Assembly: GCA_030141605.1 (NCBI GenBank) | Contig: JAQGDQ010000962.1 | Coordinates: forward strand, 11,774 to 75,773 | Direction of reading: 5' to 3' | Source of the DNA: Tubiluchus corallicola | Taxonomy: Eukaryota; Animalia; Priapulida | Length of the DNA: 64,000 nt | Shown: piece by piece, positions 10,787 to 36,489 of the stretch | Layout: every line of letters starts with the position of its first letter | Position numbering within the stretch: the stretch's first letter is position 1 | The notes under the pieces: generated by a model | What the model was told of the DNA's origin: nothing | Database searches by the model: none | The model's input: only the letters and a program-made list of their open reading frames with translations | Position numbers and translations under genes: made by a program

Positions 10787-12931
10787 CTTATTGAAATAAA
10801 TTGATTGAAATTGATTGATTGATTGATTAGTTTATCACCATTTTTAAAATAGCAAAATACATAACTAAGAGATTTATAAATCTGTACAACATACAATAAT
10901 ATTACAAAGTGTAAAAGTGATTATTGATTAGTGGTGAAAGGGTGGCGAAAGAACTATAACTTATCGAGGTCAGCCACCCTCTCAGAATTGTTACTAGTAT
11001 AATTAATTAGTTAATGCGCATGTACCAGGTAATTAAAAATTATCACATTTTGCATTTAAGACGAATGAAAATTGAATTATTATATGAATGTGTTAGTTTA
11101 TAATAAAATAATGTTCAATAATGGGAAAGTGAATAACAGTAATAGATTACCTTCATGATAATAAGTTTAGTCAGAGAGATACTACTCAGGACACCCAGAA
11201 AGACTGACGACCAAATAAAAGATAGCCGTAACTAACCACTTTACTTCCTGGCAGTTTGAATAATATTGTATTTCATGTCTGATAAACGCAATAAAGAGGC
11301 AACAAAATTATCCTGTCAATCTCTCACCATGGACACTATTCACGATTATTTGTTTTTGCAGAAATCGCACTAGACTAGGCTAGTAAACAGGCAGGACGTT
11401 TCATTTTAATTTTTCTACATCACTATAGTTACTATGCAAATATCACCTCAAAACTGCAAAAAATATTAGAATACAATAGTGGCTGAAGCGCGAGAGTCCC
11501 TTTTCTGGTTTTGATTCACTAATTTCAATACGTAAACGTGATTTCACTCCATAAGAAGAAAAATTCATAGCGACCAGAAATGAAGAGGTTAACAAAAAGT
11601 CACATGTCAAAGAAACTAAAATGACACAGAGCTTCATGAACCGGTGGAAGGAAAAATGCAAAAGCAGAAAATTTAGTTATCAGTAAATAATTCATAAGGA
11701 ATTATAGCTCAGTACAAATTTATAATTCACAATGCAATCTCTAATCAGCTCAGAATATACAACAAGACAAAATGAACGCAAAACTATTAGCACTCACTAC
11801 TACATGTATTATATTAACACAGGCTGTCGGCAAATTGTGAGTATCTTATAAGCTCCTGGCATTTAGAACATTTAGGAAAGGTAGATAGAGATAGACAGCA
11901 CAGTTAAACCAGATGCATCATACAGAAAAGGCTTTAACGCTTTGTGACCAGAAAACATGGAGCCTGTGCTGTTGGAAAAGTACGATTCAACTCTTCACAG
12001 TCAAGAGCAAAATGGAATAACAGTATAAGATATAAGTTATACAGTAAGTGGATACATCGATGCTAACAGTCCACATAATGGAGTTCTTGTACCTCCGAAG
12101 CAAACTATCAGAACAAGCCTCCTATATGATGCAAGTTCAAAATCAAGGAAGCCGAATATGTCTGCTAGAATGAATGCATTTACCAGAGGTTAATGTCTGC
12201 TAGATTGAATGCATTTACCAGAGGTTATACAATTTGTAAAGTCTATAAGGTGCTGAGGACTAGAAGCAGTATATGATGGAAAATGGATAAGAATGCCTAT
12301 AATGTATTAAAGCAAAACTGGATCCAAACTTAAACTGCAGGTCAAAACAATCAACTCTTTAAAATATTGAAAGGGAACACACTTTTTTTGAAAAGAATGA
12401 CTTTCGTAAAAGAATTATTACCACACAAACACAATTCTGCATTCGTGCCACTAGTTCTTCGCTGTTACATGCATTTCATCATTCGCTAGTTAGACGGGCA
12501 CTAGCGCCTGCATTTCGGACCTATTGCAGAAATAACAGGTGCTGTACCTCTCAGTTCAGATGTGTTAGTTTGTGAACCAACTACATGCGTGCGACAGCTC
12601 ATGCGTGAGCACATCGGTAAATTGGAAATTTGAATTTTTATCCTAAAACTTGCCTAGTTTTAGTACAACACACTGAATACCTTACAGTAGCACTGTACTT
12701 CAATTTTCGCTTTCACAAACACATGCAACACGCTCATGGAATATTTTTGATGTTGAAAATTATGTTAGTTTGTGATGTCATCAATAGTTGGGCTCTCCCA
12801 CTGTTAATTAAGATTTAATCTATTATTTAATTATCAGGAACGTGTTTGGAGTATTAATTATGTTAAAGTGTATAATTTTATCGGACATGAAAATGGGCTA
12901 GTATAAGAAACATCATCCTGTCTTCCTTTAA
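10707..12931. repeat. Segmental duplication, copy 1 (~2.2 kb)
   Basis: Colinear, highly similar to 18084-20887; starts with an (AGTA)n run and ends with a TTAA-flanked element. Confidence 0.95.
12311..12927. mobile_element. Non-autonomous TTAA-flanked TIR element, Kolobok-like family A
   Basis: TTAA|AGCAAAACTGGAT ... ATCCTGTCTTCCT|TTAA: imperfect TIR with RR...YY ends. Other copies at 20270-20883, 32811-33427 and partial ~28572-29060. Confidence 0.75.
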
Positions 12932-13479
12932 TGACACGTAACAAGATATTTTATAGGACTCCAAACTTTCAAAAAAACAACAACAGTGAGCTTTAATGTA
13001 CAAAAAAGAAAAAACCCCTCCCCCGAATATTGGCGGGTGTACCTGCCGAATTTTCACTGACAATACAAAAGTGTGCACCCAGACGACGTTCCTCGCAGGT
13101 TAAACATTTAACATCAGCTTACAAATAACAATATCCCCAAGGCGACAGAAACAAACCATCACACTCCACAAGGGCATCGTACCAATCTACAGTCTACCAT
13201 CCCTCGGGGACCACATCACATGTTTTGACGTCAAGTTGAACACGGGATACAAGACGATGGTAAGTACTTTAAGTATACCTTCAACTAGACACTATTCTAT
13301 ATTACCTGGTATGGAATTGGCAGGTAAGAAATCTAGATCAAACTAGATCAAAGTCTTCACGTGAACGACTGGCTTAACAGCTTAACTTTAACATGCGGAG
13401 CTTTCTCTGTGCTAGATTTACAGTATAAATCTCGCATTACACTCTTCTTTCCAGTACTGCACAGCCGATTGTCATTATA

Positions 13480-13930
13480 CGATATTTTAGTTTATACATT
13501 GATATCAGGAAATGAAGCAGTAATTATTCCTCTCTATAAAGCTGTTGTTCGACTCTTTCTGGAATATGCGTCGATTGTATGGTCACCCCAGTATGTTACT
13601 CTCAAGAATGCTCTTGAAAGAACTCAAGATAGATGTACTCGTCTTGCTATTGATTTGAATCCCGCTTCAATTTCTGCTCTAGAGCAAAGGCGTGAGACTG
13701 TAGACTTTGTGAAATGCTTCAAAATAATTAGTGAAAATACTATCTGACTGAGGCAGACTTTTTTCCAGGCCTCACAGAGTTCTTCGTGGTCATGAGTCTA
13801 AGTTATCTGTACAACCAGGTAGAACCAACATCAGATCATACTTCTTTGGGCATCGTGTAGTTCAACCATCGAATCATCTTTCATCATCAAGCATCAGCGC
13901 TTCATCAGTTGACAGTTTTAAGAGGCATAT
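13480..13930 (+). mobile_element. CR1/L2-group LINE ORF2 3' fragment
   Basis: LYKAVVRLFLEYASIVWSP...LERTQDRCTRL...LEQRR...FKI, followed by RSYFFGHRVV and SVDSFKR: typical CR1-type ORF2 C-terminus. Confidence 0.85.
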
Positions 13931-15567
13931 GAGAGAGGACCGTTTACAGATAGTTACCATTTAGGTCCTTATTTCTTTGGATAAGGTATTCTTTGATGAG
14001 GTACACTGCAAGTGAACACTCGACTTCATTCTAGCGTTAATTTTAGCGGTCTTGTGCCCAAATCAAGCGTAAATTTGTGCATGTAACAGTTACTTCTTGG
14101 AGGAACTGTTTTCTGATGGTGGAGCAGGAACTATAATTGTGACTAGTTACTTTCTCTTGACAGAAAGGTAGCTGACTCGATGACCCAAAAATCTTTCACT
14201 ACCCTTTCTCTTGTACCCACTTAATCACTTATTAATATATTTTTGTCCTCTTATTTTCGTGTAAATTTTATATGATTAATCAGTTATGTATTTACTTAAA
14301 TGTGCACTATAAGATTATAATAAACATGTGTATGTCTATAATCGTAATGTAATTAAAACTAAATTTAAAAAAGTAAAATTACTAATTAAAAAACAAAATG
14401 AAATTTAAACTGACAAACATACCTGACATCCATTAGGTATAGCTAAGATCTTGAAAGATAACCAAATATTTGCTTATTAACTTTATAAATGTTTAGAGTA
14501 AGTAACTACTTGTGGTGTACAGTCAGAAACAGATGACCAGAGATTATGACAATTATGACTTCTTTTACGATTATGACCATGGCAAGTTTCAGAAGAGCAC
14601 TATCTTATTTCCATGTCTATGTCTTGACAGTGTAACTTTTTCAAAAATGAAACTACAACAGCAATAGTCACATAATTAAAGGAAAAATCCAACACTGACA
14701 ACAGGTAACTTTTCTCTAACATTCCTACAACCGTCATCATGAGAATGCACGTTTTTGCCCACCACAGCACTTGCCTTCATAAAAATGCATGGGAGCCAGA
14801 ACTTGATCATATCACAGACTAGATTAGATTAAATTTAGATTTATTATATACAATGCCAATGTGTACATGTACATACAGGCTAATATGTAACATACAAAGT
14901 TTATAAATCATCAGCACAAACACAGTTATCAGGTGACTACAAAAATGAAGTTAACAGAGCTATGATATAATTTCTAGGTTCAGCAAACCTAAGTCACATT
15001 TCTTAATCTAATACGCGCATGTGCTTGTAAGTGTGGCTTTTGATCAGAAACAATTTCAGGGAGCATATAAGCCTTCATTCTCATTGGCAGCATTGCCATT
15101 TATAAGCAAGAGACTTTCTAAAACCTGCTGATCTCCAGGAAGTGAACCTCTACCTATTTAACTTTTTGTTGGTGATTATTTTCTAAAGTTTTTGCCGAAA
15201 CTGAAAATGTGCCATCCAAAACAGAAGTTAATGATATTAATAACCGAAATGGATATTATGCATGTATTACAAACAGGAAAACATCCACAACAAATTGGAA
15301 ACATCCTGTGAGAATTCCAAGTAGACACATCCTGTGAGAATTCTACTCAATTGCAGAAGCAAACAGATAAAATTGCTTGTGGGTCCACAAACCAATGAGT
15401 AAGTTAAAATTTTAAAACTAATTGCTCATTACTCTTGAAGTATCCGTAGTGCATATGTGATCAAGTGATTAGTTCAGTTGTTGTATAACTTTGCACAATT
15501 TAGAAATCAAATTCACTTTTGTTAAATGTCTTTCTGAAGGTGTTACTATTGCAGTTTGATTTTGAGA

Positions 15568-17855
15568 ATGAAGACGGCCATTATTCTCTGGCTTTCGTGC
15601 ATCATTATTCTACACCAGCATGTGATGGGATGGTCCAAGCCTAATCCACCTGCATCAGATACTGGATGCAACTGCCACAACTACTGTCAGGTAAATAATA
15701 TTTTTGCTATTAGCCAACATTAAATTTCAAAACCTATGACTTTCTGCTGAAAGAACACAGCATATAGAATGATACATACAAGGTTAGCAAGCTTGCAGTT
15801 GAAAGGACCTTAAGGTTGTTGAATAGCTTGACTGGAATTTACTTGCTGATTGGTGGGCTAATTGACTCACTGTTTGACATGATGGTTGGTCGATTCAGTG
15901 ACTGCTAACTGGTTAAATTAACTAGATTACTCGCTGGTTGGATAGCTGCCCGTTTACCTGGTTGAGTAAGTCAAGTTGGATTGTTTAATTGGTTGAGACT
16001 GCTTTGTTTACCGATTAGTTGGTTCATTCATTTGTCACTGAATCCAAAAATACGTTGACCATACGGACACCATGTATACGGTGTGCAGTGAGAGATTTAG
16101 TCAAGACGTAGATGGCAGTGAACTAGTCTAAATCATTATAGGTGGGCAGTATTTCTATTTTCTCAACAGTGTCCCTGTCCTAGTCAAGTCAAAATACCTA
16201 TCAAAATCAGTCAAACATCTCACAGACAGGTTTTTAACAGTTGTGTGTAATCATCAGCCATAATTAAAACAGTACACCAACCAGGTCTGACTTGTATAAA
16301 TGGAGCATTAATATTCATGAATGTGGTGAACTCTGTCATGATTACACAAGTAAAGACCTTTGTTGTTTATGCAGGCACTTCCAGAGAACACCATCATATC
16401 AAATGGCTGTGAGAACGGGGCAGAATTTTTCAGTGGACACTGTTACACATTCAGTTCCGTAAAAAAGACGGCTTGGGAAGCATTCATGGCCTGCAAAGCG
16501 AATGGAGCTGAACTTGTTGAAATTGAAACATCAACTGAAAACAAGTTTTTGACTGATTACATAGGAGTTCACAACCGTAAGCTACATATTCTCCATAAAA
16601 GAAAATTATGGCTGATAACCTTCATCATCTACACGAAGAATTTAAGTTTCTCCCAGACATAGTAAAATTAAATGTACCTTTTTCAAGAACAAATCACATT
16701 AAATTTTCATTTGTTTCTACTTCATTCAAAGCATTCAATAGCAGCTAAACTCTAAACACTTTTCAATTTTTTCTTTGTTTTTTAAGCTTTCTTGCAACTG
16801 TATCACTTAGATTTATATATATAGTTGAATTTAGTTTTCACTTGCGAATTTGATACGCTAACTGGTTTTTACTAATCTTTGCAAAGCATAAACGACAAAT
16901 TTCATGTATACCACGTATAGTATATATGACCAATAACGATGTCTATGTCAATATGTCTACAATGAGACCGGCTAGTATTGGCACATACTCATATACAAAG
17001 GAGATTTTACATCACATGTAAAACTTGCTTCTTGAGAAATATGCCAGCAATAATATTTTCAAATTAAGCAGTTGAAATGGCTTTTGTTGGTGACTCAATT
17101 AATATAGTGAGTTATAAGTTTAAGTTTAAGTTTATTGCCATAAAACACTACATTCATACATATAATACACAATTTACATTACTAAATATAAATAAAAAGA
17201 AAAGAGCAAACCATTGTGTTAGTAAATAATAAAATTTAGATAAAAAATACAGTTCCAACGAAAAAATATTTGACATCATTTTCATGATATTATGGCTGAC
17301 CAAGAAGTCGCCAGACTTATGAAGCCAAATTCACTAACATAAATATAAAATCTTTTGAAAGTAAAAAATTGTACAATAAAAGTTATCTAGCATTATAAAC
17401 AAATTATTATATAATTCTCATTTTCTTTTTAAAACACGAGTGAAATTTACTTTTTTCTCACATCACAAGACAAGTTGTTCCATAAAACAGAGTCTTGATG
17501 ACCAATAAATTGTATCATAAGGTCAGTTCTTACTTTTGGTATATGATAGATATTGAACTGCCTAGTATTGTATTCACGTTGAATTCACTGTCTGTCTTTC
17601 ACAGCTAATACAGACTTCTGGATCGGCCTAACAGATGTACATAATGAAGGGGAATGGAAATGGTTAGGGAGTGGGAAACCAGCCCTCTATACTGACTGGG
17701 ATGTGGCCGATAGTCAACCAGATAACCATGGTGAAGGTGAAGAGTGTGCTGTTATTCGTAATGCGAGACGATGGAATGACGTCGACTGCTGGGAACATAA
17801 TTTCCAGTTTATTTGTGAATCGACAGCAACCATCTCCATCTTACCAACATCATAA
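15568..17855 (+). CDS. Secreted single-domain C-type lectin (perlucin-like); coding exons 15568-15690, 16375-16576, 17605-17855
   Basis: Signal-peptide-like MKTAIILWLSCIIILHQHVMG. CTLD motifs CENGAEFFSGHCY, AFMAC, LVEI, FWIGLTD, GEWKW, QPD, EECA, WNDVDC, FICE. GT-AG introns in compatible phases (0 and 1); AATAAA at 17996-18001. Confidence 0.9.
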
Positions 17856-18094
17856 AAAGAGCCACAAAACTGAAAACTCATATTGAACAAGCTATATAGT
17901 ATGACCTCATTTTCGTGGATTGTTTTATGTAAATAATATGTGGATTGTTTTACATTTTTGATGTAGAGGTGCACCACTAAATGCACAAGAATATCAATAA
18001 AAAGTCAAACCAACACCGTGCCTCATCTTCGTTCTCCTTCGACCTTGACCCGCATTTCTCGTTTCTTTCGTCAGGTCAGGTAGACAGAACTTTA

Positions 18095-18095
<1 letters not shown>

Positions 18096-18162
<67 letters not shown>

Positions 18163-18225
18163 CAGTAAGCTTATTGAAATAAATTGATTGATTGATTGAT
18201 TGATTGAAATTGATTGATTGATTGA
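18096..18225. repeat. (AGTA)n and (ATTG)n microsatellites
   Basis: Directly visible; paralogous run at ~10714-10830. Confidence 0.95.
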
Positions 18226-19208
18226 TAAGTTTATCACCACTTTTAAAATAGCAAAATACATAACTAAGAGATTTATAAATCTGTACAACATGCAATAATA
18301 TTACAAAGTGTAAAAGTGATTATTGATTAGTGGTGAAAGGGTGGCGAAAGAACTATAAGTTATCGAGGTCAGCCACCCTCTCAGGATTGTTACTAATATA
18401 ATTAATTAGTTAATGCGCATGTACCAGGTAATTAAGAAAATGATCAGATTTTGCATTTAAGACGACTTAAATTATTATGCGAAAGTGTTAGTTTATAATA
18501 AAATAATGTTCAATAATGGGAAAGTGAATGACAGTAATAGATTACCTTCATGATAATAAGTTTAGTCATAGAGATACTACTCAGGACACCCAGAAAGACT
18601 GACGATCAAGTAAAAGATAGCCGTAACTAACCACTTTACTTCCTGGCAGTTTGAATAATATTGTATTTCATGTCTGATAAATGCAATAAAAAGGCAACAA
18701 AATTATGCTGTCAATTTCTCGCCATGGACACTATTTACAATTATTTGTGTTTGCAGAAATCGTACTAGACTAGGCTAGTAAACAGGCAGGACGTTTCATT
18801 TTAATTTTCGACATCACTATAGTTACTATGCAGATATCACCTCAAAACTGCAAAAAATATTAGAATACAATAGGGGCTGACGTACGAGATTCCCTTTTCT
18901 GGTTTTGATTCACTAATTTCAATACGTAAACGTGATTTCACTCCATAAGAAGAAAAATTCTTAGTGAACAGAAATGAAGAGGTTAACAAAAAGTCACATG
19001 ACAAAGAAACTAAAACGACACAGAGCTTCATGAACCGGTGGAAGGAAAAATGCAAAAGCAAAAAATTTAGTTATCAGTAAATAATTCATAAGGAATTATA
19101 GCTCAGTACAAATTTATAATTCACAATGCAATCGCTAATCAGCTCAGAATATACAACAAGACAAAATGAACGCAAAACTACTAGCACTCACTACTACATG
19201 TATTATAT

Positions 19209-19804
19209 TGTAACAGTTGTGCACAACTTGACAATCGTCCCACAATGACAACGCTGACGCCGGCAACATGACAATCCTCCATGAGCCATAACAATACAGA
19301 TAACGGCAGCTAATCAACAGCTTCCAGCAACCCACTTGTAGTCTACAACACCAACGTACCAACAGCTGACTGGAATGGAATAACATCACACTTCTGCAGC
19401 TTGATCAGCTCTTCAAACCATGCAACAGCAACGAGACTGAGAAAGACAGGCTATACAACAGGAACACTGTCCTTTTGGCCAAAACAACGCTTAGCTCAGC
19501 TCTCCATGGTAAAGCTCTCCACAGATCGTGTACCAGCCTTTCCAAACAAATACGTTAACTACAGGTATGTTGGAACATGACTACTGGTCAGACCAACAAC
19601 GAGCGTCTGTACCAGTGAAAAGTATCAACTCAACTGTCCAGAACAGGTATTGCTTTTTCTGCATAAGCAAACGAAGCACTCCAACAGGTAAGTACAAACC
19701 ATTTTAAGTGACAGGGGTGAGGAGGTGATGAAATGAAAGAACACATACAGCAGTGCAAGCCAAGCAAGCCATTTACTATCAAAATTAGCAACATGCACCT
19801 CACA
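19209..19804. mobile_element. Solo LTR (TGT...ACA) with 4-bp ATAT target-site duplication
   Basis: ATAT|TGTAACAG ... CCTCACA|ATAT. The paralogous site at ~11811 has a single ATAT and no insert. Confidence 0.85.
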
Positions 19805-20269
19805 ATATTAACACAGGCTGTCGGCAAATTGTGTGTATCTTATAAGCTCCTGGCATTTAGAACATTTAGGAAAGGTAGATAGAGCTAGACAGCACAGTTA
19901 AACCAGATGCATCATACAGAAAAGGCTTTAACGCTTTGGGACCAGAAAACATGGAGCCTGTGCTGTTGGAAAAGTACGATTCAACTCTTCACAGTCAAGA
20001 GCAAAATGGAATAACAGTATAAGATATAGGTTATACAGTAAGTGGATACATTTATGCTAACAGTCCACGTAATGGAGTTCTTATACCTCAGAAGCAAACT
20101 ATCAGAACAAGCCTCCTATATGATGCAAGTTCAAAATCAAAGAAGCCGAATATGTCTGCTAGAATGAATGCATTTACCAGAGGTTATACATTTTGTAAAG
20201 TCTATAAGGTGCTGAGGACTAGAAGCAGTCTATGATGGAAAATGGAGGGGAATGCCTATAATGTATTAA

Positions 20270-20883
20270 AGCAAAACTGGATCCAAACTTAAACTGTACG
20301 TCAGAACAACCTACTCTTTAAAATATTGAAAGGGAACACACTTCTTTTGAAAAGAATGACTTTCGTAGAAGAATTATTACCACACAAACACAATTTTGCA
20401 CTCGTGCCTGTTACATGCATTTCATCATTCGCTAGTTACACGGGTACTAGCGCCTGCATTTCGGACCTATTGCACAAATAACAGGTGCTGTACCTCTCAG
20501 TTCAGATGTGTTAGTTTGTGAACGGACTACACGCGTGCGACAGCTCATGCGTGAGCACATTGGTAAATTGAAAATTTGAATTTTTATCTTAAAACTTGCC
20601 TAGTTTTAGTACAACACACTGAATATCTTACAGTAGCACTGTACTCCAATTTTCGCTTTCACAAACACGTGCAACACGCTCATGGAATATTTTTGATGTT
20701 GAAAATTATGTTAGTTTGTGATGTCATCAATAGTTGGGCTCTTCCGCTGTTAATTAAGATTTTAATTTATTATTTAATTATCTGAAATGTTTTTAATTAT
20801 CAGTAATTAAAATTATGTTAAAGTGTATACTTTTTATCGGACATGAAAATGGGGTAGTATAAGAAACATCATCCTGTCGTCCT
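20270..20883. mobile_element. Kolobok-like family A copy
   Basis: TTAA flanks and the same TIR and body as 12311-12927. Confidence 0.75.
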
Positions 20884-21691
20884 TTAAGCATAAGTATACC
20901 CTTGCTTAAACCATTCGTCAACCTCGGTTCTCGTCGAAAAAGTTCATTTTTACATTACAAACTATATTGAAAAAAAAGTCAATTGAAAGTATATTGATTT
21001 GTTACTACCAAACAACTACTGTACTGTAAAAGCCGTGTGTGAAAGTTGTAACTGTATATTTTTAGGTGCTGCCATCTATTGATTAATCACTTTAACATTT
21101 TCTAGCTAAACTCACCCCGTGTACAATTGTTCGGTCCAGTGAATATGCATACTCACTGGATCCCCCCCTATTTTTACTGTAATGGTATCTGTGAAGCCAA
21201 GTTTTGCATAGTCCTCTACCTATATATACTGGCTGGATTCTACCTCTAGTCACTCTGTGTCTAAATCTCAGTGATCAGTGCAGGACACTCTGGTCCTCAG
21301 TGTGTAGTTTAGCAGTCATTTTACATATGTCCATGTAGTATAATAAACGTTTTCAGTTTTTGTGCAGATATGTAATATAGTGTTCATTCTTTTTCTACCA
21401 AGGGTACAACTACAGCCACATACATGACTTTCACACCGTTATTGCTAAATATAAAAGTAACATTCAAAAATAATAAATGACTGAATACTACTAACCAGCT
21501 GTGGCTTTTGAACTTATATTGTAAGCTATAGTATAAAATACATCTCGCTGAACAAACATTGAAAAGCAGAAACATTGAAATTTGTTTGGTTGTTTGTTTA
21601 CCTGAAATAAGCTTAATATTCAGCAATGCAAAAGTCTGCGAATTAATTTCAGACAACCAAGTGAAATATTCTAGTTGCTATTAGCACTCTG

Positions 21692-22419
21692 CCGTTGGAA
21701 TTAGCTTTTTCAAAAGTAGCAACTGCTGATTAATTGCAAGGATTTTATGTTGAACTGATGGCTTACAGTCACATGAAAGAAGAGAAAAATCCATGTGTGT
21801 TGGAATTAGCTTTTTCAAAAGTAGCAAAATTGCAAGGATTTTATGTTGAATTGATGGCTTATAGACACATGATTGGAGAGAAAAATTCATGTGTGTTGGA
21901 ATTAGCTTTCAAAAGTAGCAACTGCTGATTAATTGCAAGGATTTTATGTTGAATTGATGGCTTATAGTCACATGATAGGAGAGAAAAATCCATGCGTGTT
22001 GGAATTAGCTTTTTCAAAAGTAGCAACTGCTGATTAATTGCAAGGATTTTATGTTGAACTGATGGCTTACAGTCACATGATAGGAGAGAAAAATCCATGT
22101 GTGTTGAAATTAGCTTTCAAAAGTAGCAACTGCTGATTAACTGCAAGGATTTTATGTTGAACTGATGGCTTACAGTCACATGATAGGAGAGAAAAATCCA
22201 TGTGTGTTGGAATTAGCTTTCAAAAGTAGCAACTGCTGATTAACTGCAAGGATTTTATGTTGAACTGATGGCTTACAGTCACACGATAGGAGAGAAAAAT
22301 CCATGTGTGTTGAAATTAGCTTTCAAAAGTAGCAACTGCTGATTAATTGCAAGGATTTTATGTTGAACTGATGGCTTACAGTCACATGATAGGAGAGAAA
22401 AATCCATGTGTGTTGGAAT
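21692..22419. repeat. Minisatellite, ~104-bp unit, ~7 copies
   Basis: Unit GTTGGAATTAGCTTTTCAAAAGTAGCAACTGCTGATTAATTGCAAGG...AAATCCATGTGT repeated in tandem. Confidence 0.95.
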
Positions 22420-22536
22420 GCAGTTAAAAACTTTCTTACCTTTCCTAACAAAATATGGTAATACAGTAGGCATTTCATGCGAGTATCTAAATGTCAATAA
22501 ATTGAAATTGAATATAACTTTCTACAAATGAAGATA

Positions 22537-23427
22537 CAGTAGGTACCGTTTGTTGCATTCACAGTTAATAGAATCATTCGCCTAATTGACTCAAAGACGC
22601 CTGGTACGGGCCACTCCTATTCAAATGTATATAAAAACTGTCGATAATTGACTCAAATAACTCTGCATAATTGACCCAATATCTTTCCTTCACGCAGTTA
22701 AAATAAAGCACTAGTGTGTGACCAAAGAACTTTTACTGCTTTTATGCCATCTTTACGTTGATTCTGTGAACTATAATATACGTAGAAACAGTCATTAATA
22801 GGTACAGCTTTGTCTGTCAGCAGGCACAGTACATTTATCATATGTGCACTAATATGTTGGCATAACGATTTTGCTTTGAATCTGTCACCCACTTGTTCGT
22901 TGCAGTTAACCTCGTTGTTTCTGGAAGCTAAACATTTAATCACTTGCCCCGTGGTTTGTTTTTGAAGTTCCCGCTGCTTTTCACAGGTGAAACAAGGTCA
23001 TCACCAACTGCAGCTCAAGCACTAGGTGACTAGGTGTTTTGAGTGAACATGTGCAGTACACAGCAACAGGTTTTTAACACTATGAGAATTTCACAAACCA
23101 ATTTATTCGTGAAGAAATGAAACAACCGACCTTGCACGAATTTTTGTAATTTTTAGTGATGATAATCAGATTCGTGTGATTTTTTATTTTCTTTCTTATT
23201 AACCCACTTATATGAATTGGTATTCTTAAATAATTGCACATAGGAACTTTGACATTAATTCGTTACTAAATTTCATTTAAAGCCTTTGCAATGCATATCA
23301 ACGTGATGAGTCATGACCCCTACTTCTATAGTAGTAATAGGCTACATCCATCGGCTAATTGACTCAGTTGGTTAATTGGGTCAAAACACTTCCATCCCAA
23401 AGTGAGTCTATTAAGCGGCACTCACTG
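22537..23427. mobile_element. Tc1/mariner-type non-autonomous element
   Basis: TA|CAGT ... ACTG|TA with imperfect TIR and repeated subterminal AATTGACTCA motifs. Confidence 0.55.
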
Positions 23428-23554
23428 TATAACAAAACTGTAACTGTTGGTAGATATTTCACGACTCTCACCTTTCCACGAGTTCCCATGTAACGCCAAA
23501 TTTAATGATGACTCAGATCTGTTGTTACAGAGAAGTTGGACTGTAATTACTTAC

Positions 23555-35468
<11,914 letters not shown>

Positions 35469-35821
35469 GATTCTTGCAGTTCATATCAAGTGATGAAATG
35501 CTAAAATGGAGGTCTTTATAAAAACAACACTAACGACAGTTGCTGTTGCAAGTTATTCCCTTCTGATATGCTGAAACTTATGGCCATGCAACTGTAACTT
35601 CAAAAAGAGGAACATCTTCAATTAATTATTGATGAATCAATGATTAATCCTATCATTAAATAAGATAAGCATGTGTAGGCAATTACTAGACATAGACAGA
35701 AAACTAGACTGGATCTGGTGCACTAGACGTGATAACGAAAATTAGCAGTTCTTCGCATAAGGCTGTTCCTACTAACGATCAAATTCGAATCTTCAATTCG
35801 CACTTGAATGCAAAGTTTTAA

Positions 35822-36489
35822 AGCACAAGAAAGCCATCCACATACATAAAGATTAAGAAATTCGTCTTGAAATTTTATACCACTTCTTGCCTTTCTGCAT
35901 GCCGGGCTTGCGTCGGCAGTAACGCTGTATAAAACTTGTAAATTTAAACTCCCGCGATGACCGTTAGGCACAGCATTTCAATGGTAGGTCGTTTGAAACA
36001 AGTTTAGATAACATTGCGCAAAGTTTGAAAAAATAATCAGAGCATTCGTAGCGCTCAAGTCACTAACTAAATAAAATTTAAAATTACTGTATCTTGTCAA
36101 TAAGATTGAAAATACGTTTTTTGGTTAGTGAGTGGCGTACCCTGGAGGGTGAGCCAACGACATTTTACCAATTGATACAAAAATTTTAAATTATTATTTC
36201 TAATTGCATAAGTTTTCCGGTAGGTAAGCGAAATCTAAGTAATATAGATTTACATGGAAAGTTGTTTGGGGCATAGTTCAACATTTTATTTTCTTCCCCT
36301 GATTTACATTGTGCATAAACGACGTCATGTAATGACGTGGTCGGAACAGCATTGCAGGAGACTTAAATGAAAACAAACAAAAATTTCTTTGAGTGCAAGT
36401 ATGAAATATGCATGAAATTACTGTAAAGTAATATAATTTTTACGGCAATTTTTCTGAAACCCACTTCAGGTACCCCATTTTCTTGTCCT
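35822..36489. mobile_element. TTAA-flanked TIR element, Kolobok-like family B
   Basis: TTAA|AGCACAAGAAA ... TTTCTTGTCCT|TTAA; related copies at 48678-49244 and ~59158-59650. Confidence 0.75.

Larger units (their letters stand above)
18084..20887. repeat. Segmental duplication, copy 2 (contains a solo LTR)
   Basis: Matches 10707-12931 apart from a 596-bp insertion and small indels. Confidence 0.95.

Noticed and set aside
23471-23540. Short open frame with a donor just after SCLT1 exon 8
   Set aside because: It would need a 14-nt intron and has no coiled-coil character.
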